NCBI RefSeq assembly: GCF_006345805.1
Contig: NW_021833259.1
Coordinates: forward strand, 1-64,000
DNA length: 64,000 nt
Direction of reading: 5' to 3'
From: Octopus sinensis
Taxonomy: Eukaryota
Shown here: piece by piece, positions 1-12,090 of the stretch
Layout of the letters: each line of letters opens with the position of its first letter
Position numbering within the stretch: position 1 is the first letter of the stretch
The notes under the pieces: model-generated
Told to the model about the DNA's origin: nothing
Databases searched by the model: none
Seen by the model: the letters and a program-made list of their open reading frames with translations, nothing else
Translations under genes and position numbers: made by a program

Positions 1-3000
1 TATGTGGGAAGGGATAGGAATAGAAGGGGGTGTAAGAGCCTCAAAGACCTGTTCAGACGTTTCCATTTGTCTGACAGGTTCCGACTCGACCATCCGAACG
101 TGCCAACGTGGACTTGGACAAACCGCGTCGGATCGTCGAGATCTTATCTAGATAGAATTCTATGCAGGACAGCGGATAGGGATAGTGTAGGATGTCCACA
201 ATTTAAAATAGTCAGCTACACAGATTACAAATTTGTTACGTGTACGCTCGACTTAGATAAAACACATAGGCAGGGTCCCGGTTACTGGAAACTGAACACG
301 TCGCTGTTAGCGCGACAGGTTTACAGGAACCGGATTAGCGAGTTAATTAAGAGGGCGCTGACGGGAGCCGTCGTTAACAACCGCTGGTGGTACGCCCTGA
401 AAATGGCAATAAAATCGGAATTAATTAGGTTTAGCAAGGAATTAGCGATAAAACGAAATAGAGTAGAGGGAGACTTGGTTAAGAAACTAGAAGAGGCACT
501 TACCACTGGCAGCGCAACCAACGTGCTGGCTGCGAGGATGGCCCTCGACCAACACCTCAACGCCAAGCACGAAGGTTGCGTCGTCAGAGCTAAAATGCGT
601 GCCTTAAGGAACGAAGGGATCGAAGTTGCGCGAGAGGCCCGGGTAGCGGAGGAGCAGCGTGGCAACAGAGCCACCATTCGGTCTCTAATAGATCAACAGG
701 GATGCAGTTTACTCGAACCCGAAAGGATGTGTGAGGCCTTTCAACAGCACTTTGCTCGACTGTTTGGTGCGATTGGTGGGTCGGAACGCGGGATGGATTT
801 CAGTGCCTACCTGACCGACCTGCCGCGGCTCTCAGCAAGAGAAGCGGAGTGTTGTGAAAGTCCCATCACAGCCGCTGACGTGTGGGATGCGATGGCGGGC
901 TGCGTGAGGGATAAGTCGCCTGGATTGGATGGTTTACCCTACGAGCTGTTTTGTCGAATGCCAGACTTGTTTGGCGACCTCTTGGCATCAGTCTACTGCA
1001 ACTGGCAACAAAACGGGAGAATCCCCGGTTTCGTGAGCCGAGGTGCAGTAACGTTGCTGAAGAAAGACCGAAACAAGGGGAATTTTATAGATAATTTCAG
1101 GCCCATCACTCTGCTCAACGCAGATTTGAAAATTTTGGCCAAAGTAATAGCCGAGAGGTTGGCGCTTGTCATTGGTAAACTAGTCGACAGGGCGCAAACA
1201 TGCGCCGTGCCGGGCAGAACCATACATGACAACCTCTATCTGATGCGCTACATTGTGGACAGGGTAGTTAAGGATCCTGGCATGGGTGGGGCGCTGATAA
1301 ATTTGGATCAGTCTAAAGCCTTCGATAGGGTCGACCATCGGTACTTGGCGGCCGTCCTCAGGGCGGCTGGCTTCGGTCCCGTCTTCCGCGGTTGGATCGC
1401 TGCCTTGTATAGCGGCATCCGATCGGTGATTCGGGTGAACGGTCACCTGTCGAAACCGTTTGACATCACGCGTTCGGTCCGTCAGGGGTGTCCCCTGTCG
1501 GCGCTTCTGTATGTATTGACTCTCGAACCGCTACTGCGGAAGCTGGCGACACTGAGGGGCATCCCACGGGAACTGGGTTGCGGGACGAGCGTGTCAGTAT
1601 ATGCGGAAGATGTCACCGTCATAGTGTCGAGCGACAAACACATCAAGATGATTGGCGAGACACTAAGAGAATACGAAACGGTGACGGGAGCAAAGGTTAA
1701 CCCAGAAAAGTCAGTGGATTTGCTACTCGGCACCTGGAGAAGCAAGCCCATGCCGTCCGACTGCGGCTCAGTAGTGGGACGCTGGACGGACGGACCGGTT
1801 AAATTGCTCGGGGTCTGGTTCAGTCCGGACCTCCAAATGGATAAGAACTGGGACGAGATCACGAGTAGAGTGGTCGCTCTCAGTCAAACATGGGCCGAGA
1901 GAAAGCTGTCTCTAAAAGGCCGGGCGGAGGTGGCGAACGCGTACATCGCATCCGTCATCGATTACCGCCTGACCGTCGTTCCTTGTCCCGACGCCACCAT
2001 CACCAAACTGGAACGCATACTCTTCCGCTTCCTGTGGAAGTGTGGCGTTCCGATGGTGAGGAAGTCCATTTGCTGTCAACATCCGTTGAATGGAGGACTG
2101 GGCATGCCGTGGTTGATGATGCGCAGGCATGCGCTGAGACTGCGACATCTCTGGAAATTCATCGACGACGGTGAACAGGTGTGGGCGCCGTTTGTGAGGC
2201 GCGACTTCCCGCAGCTCGTCTCACCGACCGAACTGCAAACGTGGATCAAAAGAGACCGAAACTGGGCGATTGGCACCGAGAGTGTCGCCAAGCTCTACAG
2301 CACTCTGCCGTTCGGGGTCAAACTTGTGCAACTTACAAACGACTAAAGCGTTCTATAGAGGACTAGTGGAGGGAGGTCCGACGACACACTCGGGGCAAAC
2401 CTGGGCGTCGACGAAGAATTCCTAACCCGCCTGTTCAGGACGACGTTCGGGCCGGGGCCTATGGATAACTTCCAGAAATCCCTGGCTTGGCAGTGCTATC
2501 GAGACGCACTACCTGTTCGAGAGAAGAGCTACAGACACGGTTCGAAAACCATCACCGGACCGACCTGCCCGAGATGCGGTCAGAGCGACGAAACCGTTCT
2601 GCACGCACTCGTGCGGTGTCCAGATATTCAGAGCTGTGGTCCTTCGTCGAACAGCTGTTGTCACGTTAGGTCGGGCTCGCCTATCGGCCGAGTCATCGTC
2701 AATATTGTTCCACCACCTTCCTTTAAACGGGAAGGAAAACGGTTTTCGTACGCTGATGGCTATGGCAAAGAATGTGTGTGGTGGACGCGTTTGAAAAGAC
2801 TTCAACGAGAAGTAAGGGCGACTTACTCAGTGTTCTTTTTCGAATTGTCTGAGTGACCTTGGTCTTTTTGTAGTTTTTTCTCTCCAGGCTACACCTAAAC
2901 TGTTGAAACCTTATATATTTATATTATATATATATATATCTAGTATATATATATTATATATATTATATATATATATAGCCTTTTTATACACCACACAAAC

Positions 3001-3139
3001 CCACAGATCCCTATTGATCAACGTTGTTTGTTTTTTGTTTTTTTTGTGCCCCACCCAACCCACCTCGAAAAGAAAAAATTCTACATTGTATTTCGTCCAT
3101 TTTATTCTGTGTTTAGCCCTGTGTGGCTACAATAAAAAG

Positions 3140-3140
<1 letters not shown>
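1..3140 (+). mobile_element. Tx1/L1-clade non-LTR retrotransposon (copy A), truncated by window start; ORF2 plus 3' UTR
   Basis: ORF 4..2346 has APE C-terminal motifs (PTWTW, SYLDRIL, YWKLN) and RT motifs (KSPGLDG, FRPITLLNAD, DQSKAFDRV, VRQGCPLS). After a break, 2461..2856 gives zf-RVT (CPRCGQSDETVLHALVRC). The element ends in ...TGTGGCTACAATAAAAAG before (TATC)n. Confidence 0.92.
4..2346 (+). pseudogene. Tx1-type ORF2 (APE-RT), 780 aa open but ending prematurely, with YAED instead of YADD
   Basis: ORF track translation; TAT GCG GAA GAT at 1599-1610; downstream zf-RVT lies beyond the stop in a separate ORF. Confidence 0.85.
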
Positions 3141-3219
<79 letters not shown>

Positions 3220-3221
3220 CC

Positions 3222-3318
<97 letters not shown>

Positions 3319-3365
3319 CCTACCTATCTCTCTCTCTCTCTGACTCTCTGTCTTCTGTCTGTCTA
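3141..3365. repeat. (TCTA)n/(TCTG)n microsatellite
   Basis: Seen directly. Confidence 0.97.
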
Positions 3366-3389
3366 TCCCCAATCTATCAATCCATACTC

Positions 3390-3595
3390 ACACACATATT
3401 TACACACACGCACACATACATAATACATACACACATATTTACACACACGCACACATACATAATACACATACACATATTTACACACACTCACACATGCATA
3501 ATACGTACACACATATTCACACACAAGCACACATACATAATACATACACACATATTCACACACACGCACACATACATACCTAAATAATACATGCA
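3390..3595. repeat. ~39-bp CA/TA-rich minisatellite, about 5 copies
   Basis: cacacatatttacacacacgcacacatacataatacata recurs at 3391, 3430 and onward. Confidence 0.8.
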
Positions 3596-3619
3596 TACAG
3601 ACATACATATGTTAACACA

Positions 3620-3644
3620 AAATCCATGACTTACCGTTTTTGAT
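3620..3644 (-). pseudogene. Remnant (last ~10 nt plus GTAAGT donor) of the array gene's putative first coding exon
   Basis: aaaatccatgacttaccgtttttgat is identical to the sequence around 16606-16630, then switches abruptly to RTE-like sequence. Confidence 0.6.
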
Positions 3645-3649
3645 GAGCA

Positions 3650-5240
3650 ACAATATTGACGGTCTCAGGACGACAAAGCAGATCAAGAAGGGAACAACCT
3701 TTAATAATTGAGAATTAAAACGTCGAAATTGTTAGATATAATCTGCCTGTAAGATATAATCGGTGTCTCCTCTACAAAATTTCCTTTCTCCGATAGCGTA
3801 CACTTGGATATAGGCTTGAAACCCCACTACGCAACTGTGCTGCCAACAATGTCTCCACAGGTAGGATTAGGATACTCTCAATCCCCAGCTTTCGGATTGT
3901 ATTATGGAGTGAAACCTACTAGGTGTGAGGGTTCACCTCTTGAAACTAAGGCTGAATATGAAGGACCACTGTGTCTGCTGTAAGTATAAGCAGCAAACAC
4001 CGAGGTCAAATACAAATCCTTCCTAAGCAAATTCACCTCAGCTTTAGATATATTTGGGGTAAAGTCATTTGTCCCGCAAGGAGACTTCAGTGCACACCTT
4101 GGCACTGATAACCGTGAGAAGGATTGATTGGAAGGAATGTCGTCAGTGAACTTAATGGAGAGATCATAGCAGCCTTCTGTGCAGGATACACACTCTCCAC
4201 TCTATGGTATAGATATTATTTTAAGACAGGATATTTATAAGGGTGCCTGGCATAGAAATACTGGTGACAGAGGTTTCTGATTGAGTTCGGTCCTCTTTCA
4301 CTCTTTGCTGAACGTTTGTGTAAGAGGAAGGGTGGAGTTATCAACTCGTCACTACCTAAATGTCTAAAACCTGAAATTCCTACAGTTTACCGAACACTTG
4401 AAATTGGTAAGTCCAATTCGACTTACAGAATACAGTTGGAAGCCGCAGTGGATGCTGGGATCAGAAACAAAAATGTGGAGACTTTTGCATCCAAATTGAG
4501 AGTGACCCGCCTGAATGAAGTTGGACCTCGAAATGGATTCGTGATTGTATTATTTTATTCAGCAGGTTCTTCTTCGGTTGAACGCTTATTTGAGCTAAAC
4601 TCACTTAAAAGTGATAAAGCTGCTGGTGATAAGCACGTTCGGCTTGATATTTTAGAAACCTTAAATACAGATGGTATTCTCTGAGTGACCCATGTATGCT
4701 AGGTGGATGGGACCTCTGGAAAAAACACCAAGGCAATGGTAATATGGAGTGACAGTCACAATTTTTTCAAACAAAGATCAAAGAGTGTGTTCTAATTATA
4801 GAAAAGTCTACACTTGATGTCAGGAAAAGATATGTAGGGAAATTGTCGCGCCCAAGATTACCGTCCGACACGCGGTACACCTGACCAGATAGTCGTTCAA
4901 AGATAGATCTTCCAGCAAAATTTGATGCATTTCCAAGGTTTAGACGCTGTAAACCACGAAAAGGCACACGATCATGTGTCCTGGGGAATGTTGTGGATGG
5001 TTTACCAGGAAGGTGAGTTTAATGGGCAAATACTGGTTGCCATATGGAGGTTGAAATGATTGTATTTATGTAAAAGTCGAAAGTTTTCAACTTGAAGGTT
5101 TCACTTAGTTGAAGTGTGCATCGTTAGTGCCCCTTCTCACGTTCTTTTTTGTGATCTGGTTGAATATGCTCAGCCATTGTGGTAGAGGTATCCCAATTCA
5201 TCTCTACGTGATCGGTCGACTGTTATTTGTAGACGACATG
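3650..5240 (+). mobile_element. Heavily decayed RTE-clade LINE remnant (APE and RT fragments)
   Basis: Interrupted frames give GDFSAHLGTD (APE GDFNAH motif), LKSDKAAGD..RLDILETL (RT N-terminus) and RLLFVDD. The same remnant recurs at ~32, ~45 and ~59 kb. Confidence 0.75.
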
Positions 5241-5249
5241 TATAGCACC

Positions 5250-6153
5250 GCATATATACTCATATACACAATAAATGGCATTGTATATTAGAGTAATATT
5301 TTATTAAGGGAATTATTGTAAAGTAGAATATATTTCGAAATAAATTCAGGCAAGTGTCTTAGTATATACTATTGTGGACATGTGGATAGTAATGTGGAAC
5401 TAATTCAAAGTTGGTGAAATTATAAACCATGACTTAAGGAGACACGGGTAAAAGACTTTAGCCATAAAATTAGTTCTTACTTGGTGTGTCATCAGGTTTA
5501 TCGTCGAGAGATTTCTTGGAGATGAAACGGTTCTGTGAAAAAATAGAAATAGCATCATATAAATAGAACTTCAGGGTATTTATTATCGTTTCGAACTTAA
5601 AACAATGCAATAGATGACAACATATTCGGACAGGTATCATTGCCAACACTACCATCTCAACACCTTGGGAATCTTCTAGAAGGTTTTCAATCCAGTCAAA
5701 GGATTTTCTGAACAATATCAGACAATACACTCTGCATTTCAATGACATCGTTTGGTGAATCTAAGAAGATAGATAAACATGAATTTACGCCGACGTCAAA
5801 GTTCAAGGGCAAGTCTATCCCCTCATTGGTTCTCTGGTCCCGCGAATGAACAACCACAGTTCCTCCAAATTTACTCTATGAGTGATGTAGGACAACAAAC
5901 CCGACGTGAGGTGCCAAAATTTCCGATGATGGGTCGTGTTAGACACAGCGCACACTGCTGCAAAGGAGAGTATATCCACTGACAGCTTTTCGGTGCGTTC
6001 AAAATCACACAACCCCACCCTCAATTTTGCATGACAGGTTAGGGCCTGAAACACTCCAAACGGACGCATAGCATGTTGCTTAGTCGAATTAGCCCAGCAT
6101 TTACTCTACAAATATTTTGCTGTCAATGTTGCACTTTCCCATATCACCTGTTT
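5250..6153 (+). mobile_element. Non-autonomous Helitron fragment, 3' end removed by the HERO-like insertion
   Basis: Frames give Rep/Hel N-terminal motifs, clearest in sister copies (LPSQPLRNLLEG..FLNxIRxYNSAFQMTSF..KVQGQVY, EQPQFLQIY). Sister copies end in hairpin plus CTAG; this copy diverges from them after cctgtttcaaa (~6153). Confidence 0.75.
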
Positions 6154-6685
6154 CAAAGATGGAACGTCTTAGAGAATGACATCTGCAAATGTAGAAAGGT
6201 AGGTACACTAACACGTTATCTTTCCAACTGTTCATTAGCATTGAACAGGTACACATGGAGGCACAACTTGGTCCTTAAGGTTATCTTCAATGCTATAAAG
6301 AACCAAATTCATCTCAACAACACTGAGGAAAAACCGCTAAAAGTATCATCAAGAGATTTCATTACCATCGTGCGACCAGGTCAGCGGATACGTTTCAAGA
6401 AGAAGATCAAGAAACATCCTGAGAGAAATGAAAAGTGGAACGGCTATTGGGAGGTAACTGCAGATTTACCTGGGTGCCAGGTTTTCTTTTCCATCCCAGT
6501 TTCGAAAAAACAGATATTTTGATGTGGTGTGAAAGAAAGAAAGTTGTAAATATAGTCGAGCTAACAGTTCCTCATGAAGATAATATGGACGCCGCTCGGG
6601 CTAGAAAATTGAACCGTTATGAAAACCTTGAGGAATGTGAAGACGCAGGCTGGAAAGTGGAACATTTTCCTATCGAAGTCGGATG
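6154..6685 (+). mobile_element. HERO-like RLE LINE, 5'-truncated 3' portion (zinc knuckle and PD-(D/E)xK endonuclease)
   Basis: CKCRKVGTL..LSNCSLALNRYTWRHNLVL, then DILMWCERKKVVNIVELTVPHEDNM..ARKLNRYE..GWKVEHFPIEVG. Confidence 0.85.
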
Positions 6686-9600
6686 GAGACGCAGGTTTCT
6701 TAATAATGTCGCTTATTATGCAGTGTACAATGTTAAAATTTTGTGTCTGTTACAGTTAAATTCGATTATTATAATTTGAAAAAAGGGACTATTTATTGCT
6801 TGTTTTGAAGCAAAATTTGTTTTAATTCCCCCTTGCGGGGAAACGTTTTACTTTATTTATTAGTGTTTTTACACAATGGAAGGTACTGTCACGCGTAGGG
6901 AGAGTGTATCTCCAGTGCCAAGTACCATTAAGGATTCTGTAGTGAGCAGAAGGATATTAGAAGAGCCAATAAGGAGCTTTGCGGCTGCAGCCGGAGGAAA
7001 CTCAAGGAAAATTGATACAACCAATTTGAAGGCAAACCGAGAGCTGTTAACAAAAGAAGGGACCGAAATAAAGGTGGTCCCTCCTCATAGCATCATTAAA
7101 GATGCACTCGAAAGGACTGTAATTTTCAAAACATATAATGTTGAACAGAAAAAGTTAACTATGTCAATGACAGAAGTGTAGAAAATATTTAAGGCCAATT
7201 TGGAAAGAACATCACATATTTGGCCAGAGGAAAAAGATATGCAGCTGTTGAAGTGAGGATGTCAACAGTGGAACAGGCGCAAAAGTATTCTGTGGAGCCT
7301 CTTCGAACGGATGAGGTAGTACTGTTGCCATTTTATATGGGCAGGAGAACCTCCCAATAAAGATAAGCTGTGTGTACCACCGGAGGCGGACGCCGGATGG
7401 CTAGTAGGGCAGTACTGTATGACCTAGAGGAAGAAATCACACTGCTTTCTGCGGAAGTAACAGAAGACAAAGTCTGGCTTGGCCAAACAATAAAAATGCT
7501 GATCCAAGCAGAAGCCTATGACCCTAGAAAAATTCCAGAGGTCATAGATACAATGGGTACGAAGTTAGTAGTCATGGTGGAAGGTAGAAAACCCAGATGT
7601 TTTAAATGTGAAAGAAGGGCCATGTTAGGTCCGAATGCAAGAGTGGTGAAGAAAAAGAAAAGAGGAGAACATTGAAGAAAACTCGGAAGATGAAACTACA
7701 GAGAATGGAAAAACAGAAGAGAAGCACAGAAGAAAAAATGAGAGCGGAAATAAGAAGAAGACGGAATGGAAGAGAACTGGTAGCCAAAGGATATTAAAGA
7801 GAATGTTAAATCATTGGCAAAAATGCAAACTCAAAGAAGGCAAGAAAAAGCCAAAAAATCAAAACAAAAGAAATACGAGAGAAAGAAGTTCTATATATGG
7901 CGGTTCGAACCTCAAACTCGAGATTAATGAGCCAAATACAAATTAAAAAACTAAAAAGAACTGGATGCAAAAACGTTAAAGACGGTTTCGAAGTCTACCA
8001 CGTAGACAGAACGTCTTACAACGTTCTAGCAAATGACTATCGGAGTGATGTTGGCTTAATTAAAACGACTCCACGAGCCCGAGAAAAAGAAAAAGAGGCG
8101 GACCCACCTCCGCCTTTTAGCGAAGACACAAGAAATTGAGGTAAGACTTATGGCAGTTCACGTTGGATGTTTAAATGTGCGTGGCCTGACGGCGGGATGG
8201 AAGCAAGGCCGCTTCTTAAACGACGTCATGTCACATAATTTTGATGTCATTGTTGCTACTGAAACCCGGTTAAAGGGATCAAGAGGACTGCTCCCACTCC
8301 TGGACGGATACGAGAAATTTGTTTTTCCAGGTCCACCGGCGGGTGGGTGTGGGGGTGTTGGTCCTACTAAAAAGAAACCGGGTTTCAGAGAAGAAGTTAA
8401 TTTTTTGTGACCCAGAGGGTAGGCTGGTCGTCTTGGACCTGACTTTAAGTTGCGGTAAGTAAATCAGACTGGTGGCAATTTACACCCCCCACAATGGTCA
8501 GTCTGAGTATTTCCGAGACCTAGAGAAGTTTCTTGGTACGGCGTACCCATTAGTTTTGTTAGGTGACTTTAATGTTATTCAAGATGCGCGCGTGGATAAT
8601 GTTGGCTCGAACCCAAATAGAATACCTAATGCCGGTTTCCGGGATCTACTAAGTCGCTTTCAGCTAGTAGATCCATACAGACTTGAATTCCCGAACACCC
8701 CAATGTGGACATGGTTAAGTGGTGACGGGTCTTTTAAGTCCTATAGATAGGATGATTCTAATTAGAGAAACAGATAGATCCATAGCTAAGTGTCCACAGT
8801 TCCACTTGGTCAGCTACAGTGATCATAAATTGGTCACTTGTAAGCTGAACCTAGATAAGTTACAGAGTAGAGGATCCGGTTACTAGAAACTCAATAAGTC
8901 CCATTTGGCGAACGAAGAGTACAGAAGCCGGATTAAGTTACTGATACAGAGGGCTTTAACTGGTACCATCATTAATAATAAATGGTGGTACGCCCTCAAA
9001 AGAGCCATTAAATTTGAATCTATTAGATATAGCATAGGTTTAGTGGCAAGAGAGCGTAAGAGGGAACTAGAACTGGTTAAGGAATTAGAGGAAGCAGGGT
9101 TGACTGGTAGTGCTGCTGAGGCGAAGGCTAAGAGACTGGAATTAAACCAGCACCTCGAGGCCAAACACATGGGATGCATTATCAGGGCTAGACTTCGTGC
9201 AATGGGGAGTGAGGGGATCAATGCCGCTGGATGGGCTCGGGTGATGGAAACCCAACGTGGAAATGATTCCACAATTCGATCTGTGGAGAACCTACAAGGC
9301 GAGATTGTGAACGAACCCGATGAGATGTGTCAGGCTTTTCAGGAGCACTTTGCACAGCTTTTCGGGAGGGGCGATGGATCGGATGGTAGGTTGGACCTTT
9401 CGGACTTCCTTGCCGGGCTGCCGCGTCTCTCGGGGCAGGATGCTGAGTGCTGTGAGGGTCCGATAACACCTCAGGAGGTGAGAGAGGCTATAACGAACTG
9501 TAAAGCTGGTAGGGCGCCGGGACTTGGTGGTTTGCCTTATGAAATGTACAAAAGTATGCCAGACTTGTATGGGCAAATTCTGGCCGGGGTTTACGATAGC

Positions 9601-11759
9601 TGGCAGTAGAATGGGTCGATTCCCAGATCTGTACGCAGGGGAGTGGTGACTGTGGTCAGGAAGGACCCAAACAAGGGAGATAAGATAGACAACTTTAGGC
9701 CCATCACTCTGTTAAACGCAGAGGTGAAGATTTTGGCCAAGGTACTAGCAAAAAGATTGGGGCAGGTCGCGAATACTCTGATCGGCAAGGCAAAACCTGT
9801 GCCGTCCCCGGCAGAAGCATTCAGGACAATCTCCATCTTATACGCTATACCTTAGAAGGGTTTGGTAGTGATTCTGGTAGTGATTTTGGTCCATTTAGAC
9901 CAGTCAAAAGCATTCGGTAGGGTTGACTAACGATACCTGGTGTCCGTGTTAGCACAGTTCGGGCTGGGTCTTGGCTTCTTTAGGTGGATAATCCAATTAT
10001 ACGACAACATCGATTCGATCGTTCGGGTGAACGGATTTCTTTCTAGGTCGTTCTCTATGAAGCGCTCGGTTCGCCAAGGATGTCCGCTTTCGCCACTTTT
10101 GTATGTGATGGCCCTAGAGCCGTTACTGCAAAAGTTGAGCGGCATCCCGAGGGGTCGGCTGTTGGAGAGTCGGTTTCAGCATATGCGGATGACATCACCA
10201 TTCTTGTAACCAAGATGGAACACCTACAGAGGGTACGTGAAACAATTAAGGTTTACGAGACGGTGGCAGGAGCAAAGATTAACCGGGAAAAGTCAGTCGG
10301 CTTGCAACTCGGCACCTGGAGGGGCAAGTCGATGCCTTTGGATAGCGTCGTGGGACGTTGGACGGAGGCCCCGGTTAAGCTGCTAGGGGTATGGTTTAGA
10401 CCATACCTCCAGGTAGAAAAGAACTGGGCAGAGGTATTGAGCAAGGTGACCTGCATAGTCAAGACCTGGTCTTGGCGGTGGCTATCTTTGAAAGGTAGGG
10501 CGGAGGTGGCCAATGTGTTTATCGCATCGGTCATCATTTACCGCCTAACCGTCGTGCCCTGTCCCGGTTCGTGGTTGAGAAGCAGATCTTCCGCTTTTTG
10601 TGGAAGGGCACCACTCCTCTAGTGAGGCGTTCTATCAGCTGCCAAAAGCCGTTGAATGGGGGACTGGGGATGCCTTGGCTGTTGATGTGCAAACATGCGC
10701 TGAGGTTCAGGTATCTCTGGCTACTCCTGAATGGTTAACAGGTGTGGTCTCCGCTCGCGAAACGGATGTTTCCCAGGTTCACAAGTTTTAGTGGACAAGA
10801 AAGCTGGTTCTTTCGTAGAACGAGGTTGGGTACATGGTTTACGGAGTGCCGTAAAGCACTCCTACAGTTCCATCGCTCGGGTAATGCTAGCGGTTTTGGT
10901 ACCACCACATTTTTCTATAGCAGGTTGGTAGAGGCTGGGAACGACAATACCCTAGAGGAAACCCTAAGTCTCGGAGATAACTAGTTAGACAGTCTGTTCC
11001 GAAGGACGTTTGGGCCGGGGTGTTTGGATAATTTCCAAAAATCCCTGGCCTGGCAATGTTACCGAGGAGCCTTACCCGTTCGGGATAAGCTCGCAGGACA
11101 CGGTCGAACCACCACTGCCGACTGTCCAAGATGCGGACGGGATAGGGAAACTGGCCTGCACGCTATTGTTCAGTGTTCGGGAGTGTCTGAAGTGTGGGTT
11201 TCTGCAGAACATCTGCTGTCAGGTTCGGGAAGAGTACAGCTGTCGTCTGAGTCAATTGTAAAAACTGACCCGCCGGATTTCCTCACGAAAGAAGATAAGC
11301 AATGTTTTCTCGCAGTAGTAGCAATAGCGAAAGAGGTGGTATGGAAGTCGCGAATGAAAGGTTTGGCGACAGGCAACCTCATCTCCGGTCTCGGGTTGTG
11401 AGATATTTTATCTTCCTCCTTAAAAGGAAGTGAGGCTGGAAAGAAGATGCCTGTCAAAGAAAATGTTCAAAGAAAGATGGTTGCATGTTGCGAGGGTGCT
11501 GGGAATGAAAGATTCCTCATGAACATGTCATAAGTCTGCATACAAATGTTTCAGTAGGAGAATGGGGCTCGTGGGGTCGGAGCGTAAGCCATCTCTCTGC
11601 TTCATCTCATGTGTGTATTTCGTCCTTTTTGTATCTCATTCGATTTCATTCGATTTCATTATATTTTGTAAAATTTTAAAAGTCATATAATCATTGAGTG
11701 TCTGACCCCAATCAGGCTGTATTGTCCCCCTCTATGTTTGGGCCCATGTGGCTAATAAA
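6686..11759 (+). mobile_element. Apparently full-length but mutated Tx1/L1-clade LINE (copy B) with ORF1 and ORF2, inserted into the HERO-like element
   Basis: ORF1 pieces at 6876-8139 include a frameshifted CFKC..GH..C knuckle. ORF2 from 8150 has APE (CLNVRGL, ATETRL, LLGDFN), RT (FRPITLLNAE, RQGCPLSPLL, AYADDIT at ~10190) and zf-RVT (11024-11401). It ends TGTGGCTAATAAA. Flanking imperfect 11-bp direct repeats: gaagtcggatg (6675-6685) and gaaattggatg (11760-11770). Confidence 0.9.
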
Positions 11760-12090
11760 GAAATTGGATGTAGAGGGTTTGTTGGACACAGCGTGAGACG
11801 ACTATTGTTATCGCTAGGCCTAACTCATCGTAAAGTCAATACCATCATGACTGATATCCAATCTACAGTGGAGAAGGCTAGCCACTGGATTTGGTTAAAA
11901 AGAGACGATGAGCGATGGCTAAAAGTATATTGAGTTCTTCATAACCAGCTGATCTAGCAAGAGGCCTCATATCAGTGAGGCGGGCCGGTGCGCATTGATG
12001 CCGTCGAGAGGTAGGCCCCGAAACGGCGCGCAATCTCTCCTGATGACCCCATACACTTGCTAGCTTCCGGTATACGGAGCTTTTAACTGG
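11760..12090 (+). mobile_element. HERO-like LINE C-terminus and 3' UTR (continuation of 6154-6685)
   Basis: EIGCRGFVGHSVRRLLLSLG..VEKASHWIWLKRDDERW stop 11933 continues the endonuclease exactly where PIEVG was interrupted; the 3' boundary is approximate. Confidence 0.8.
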
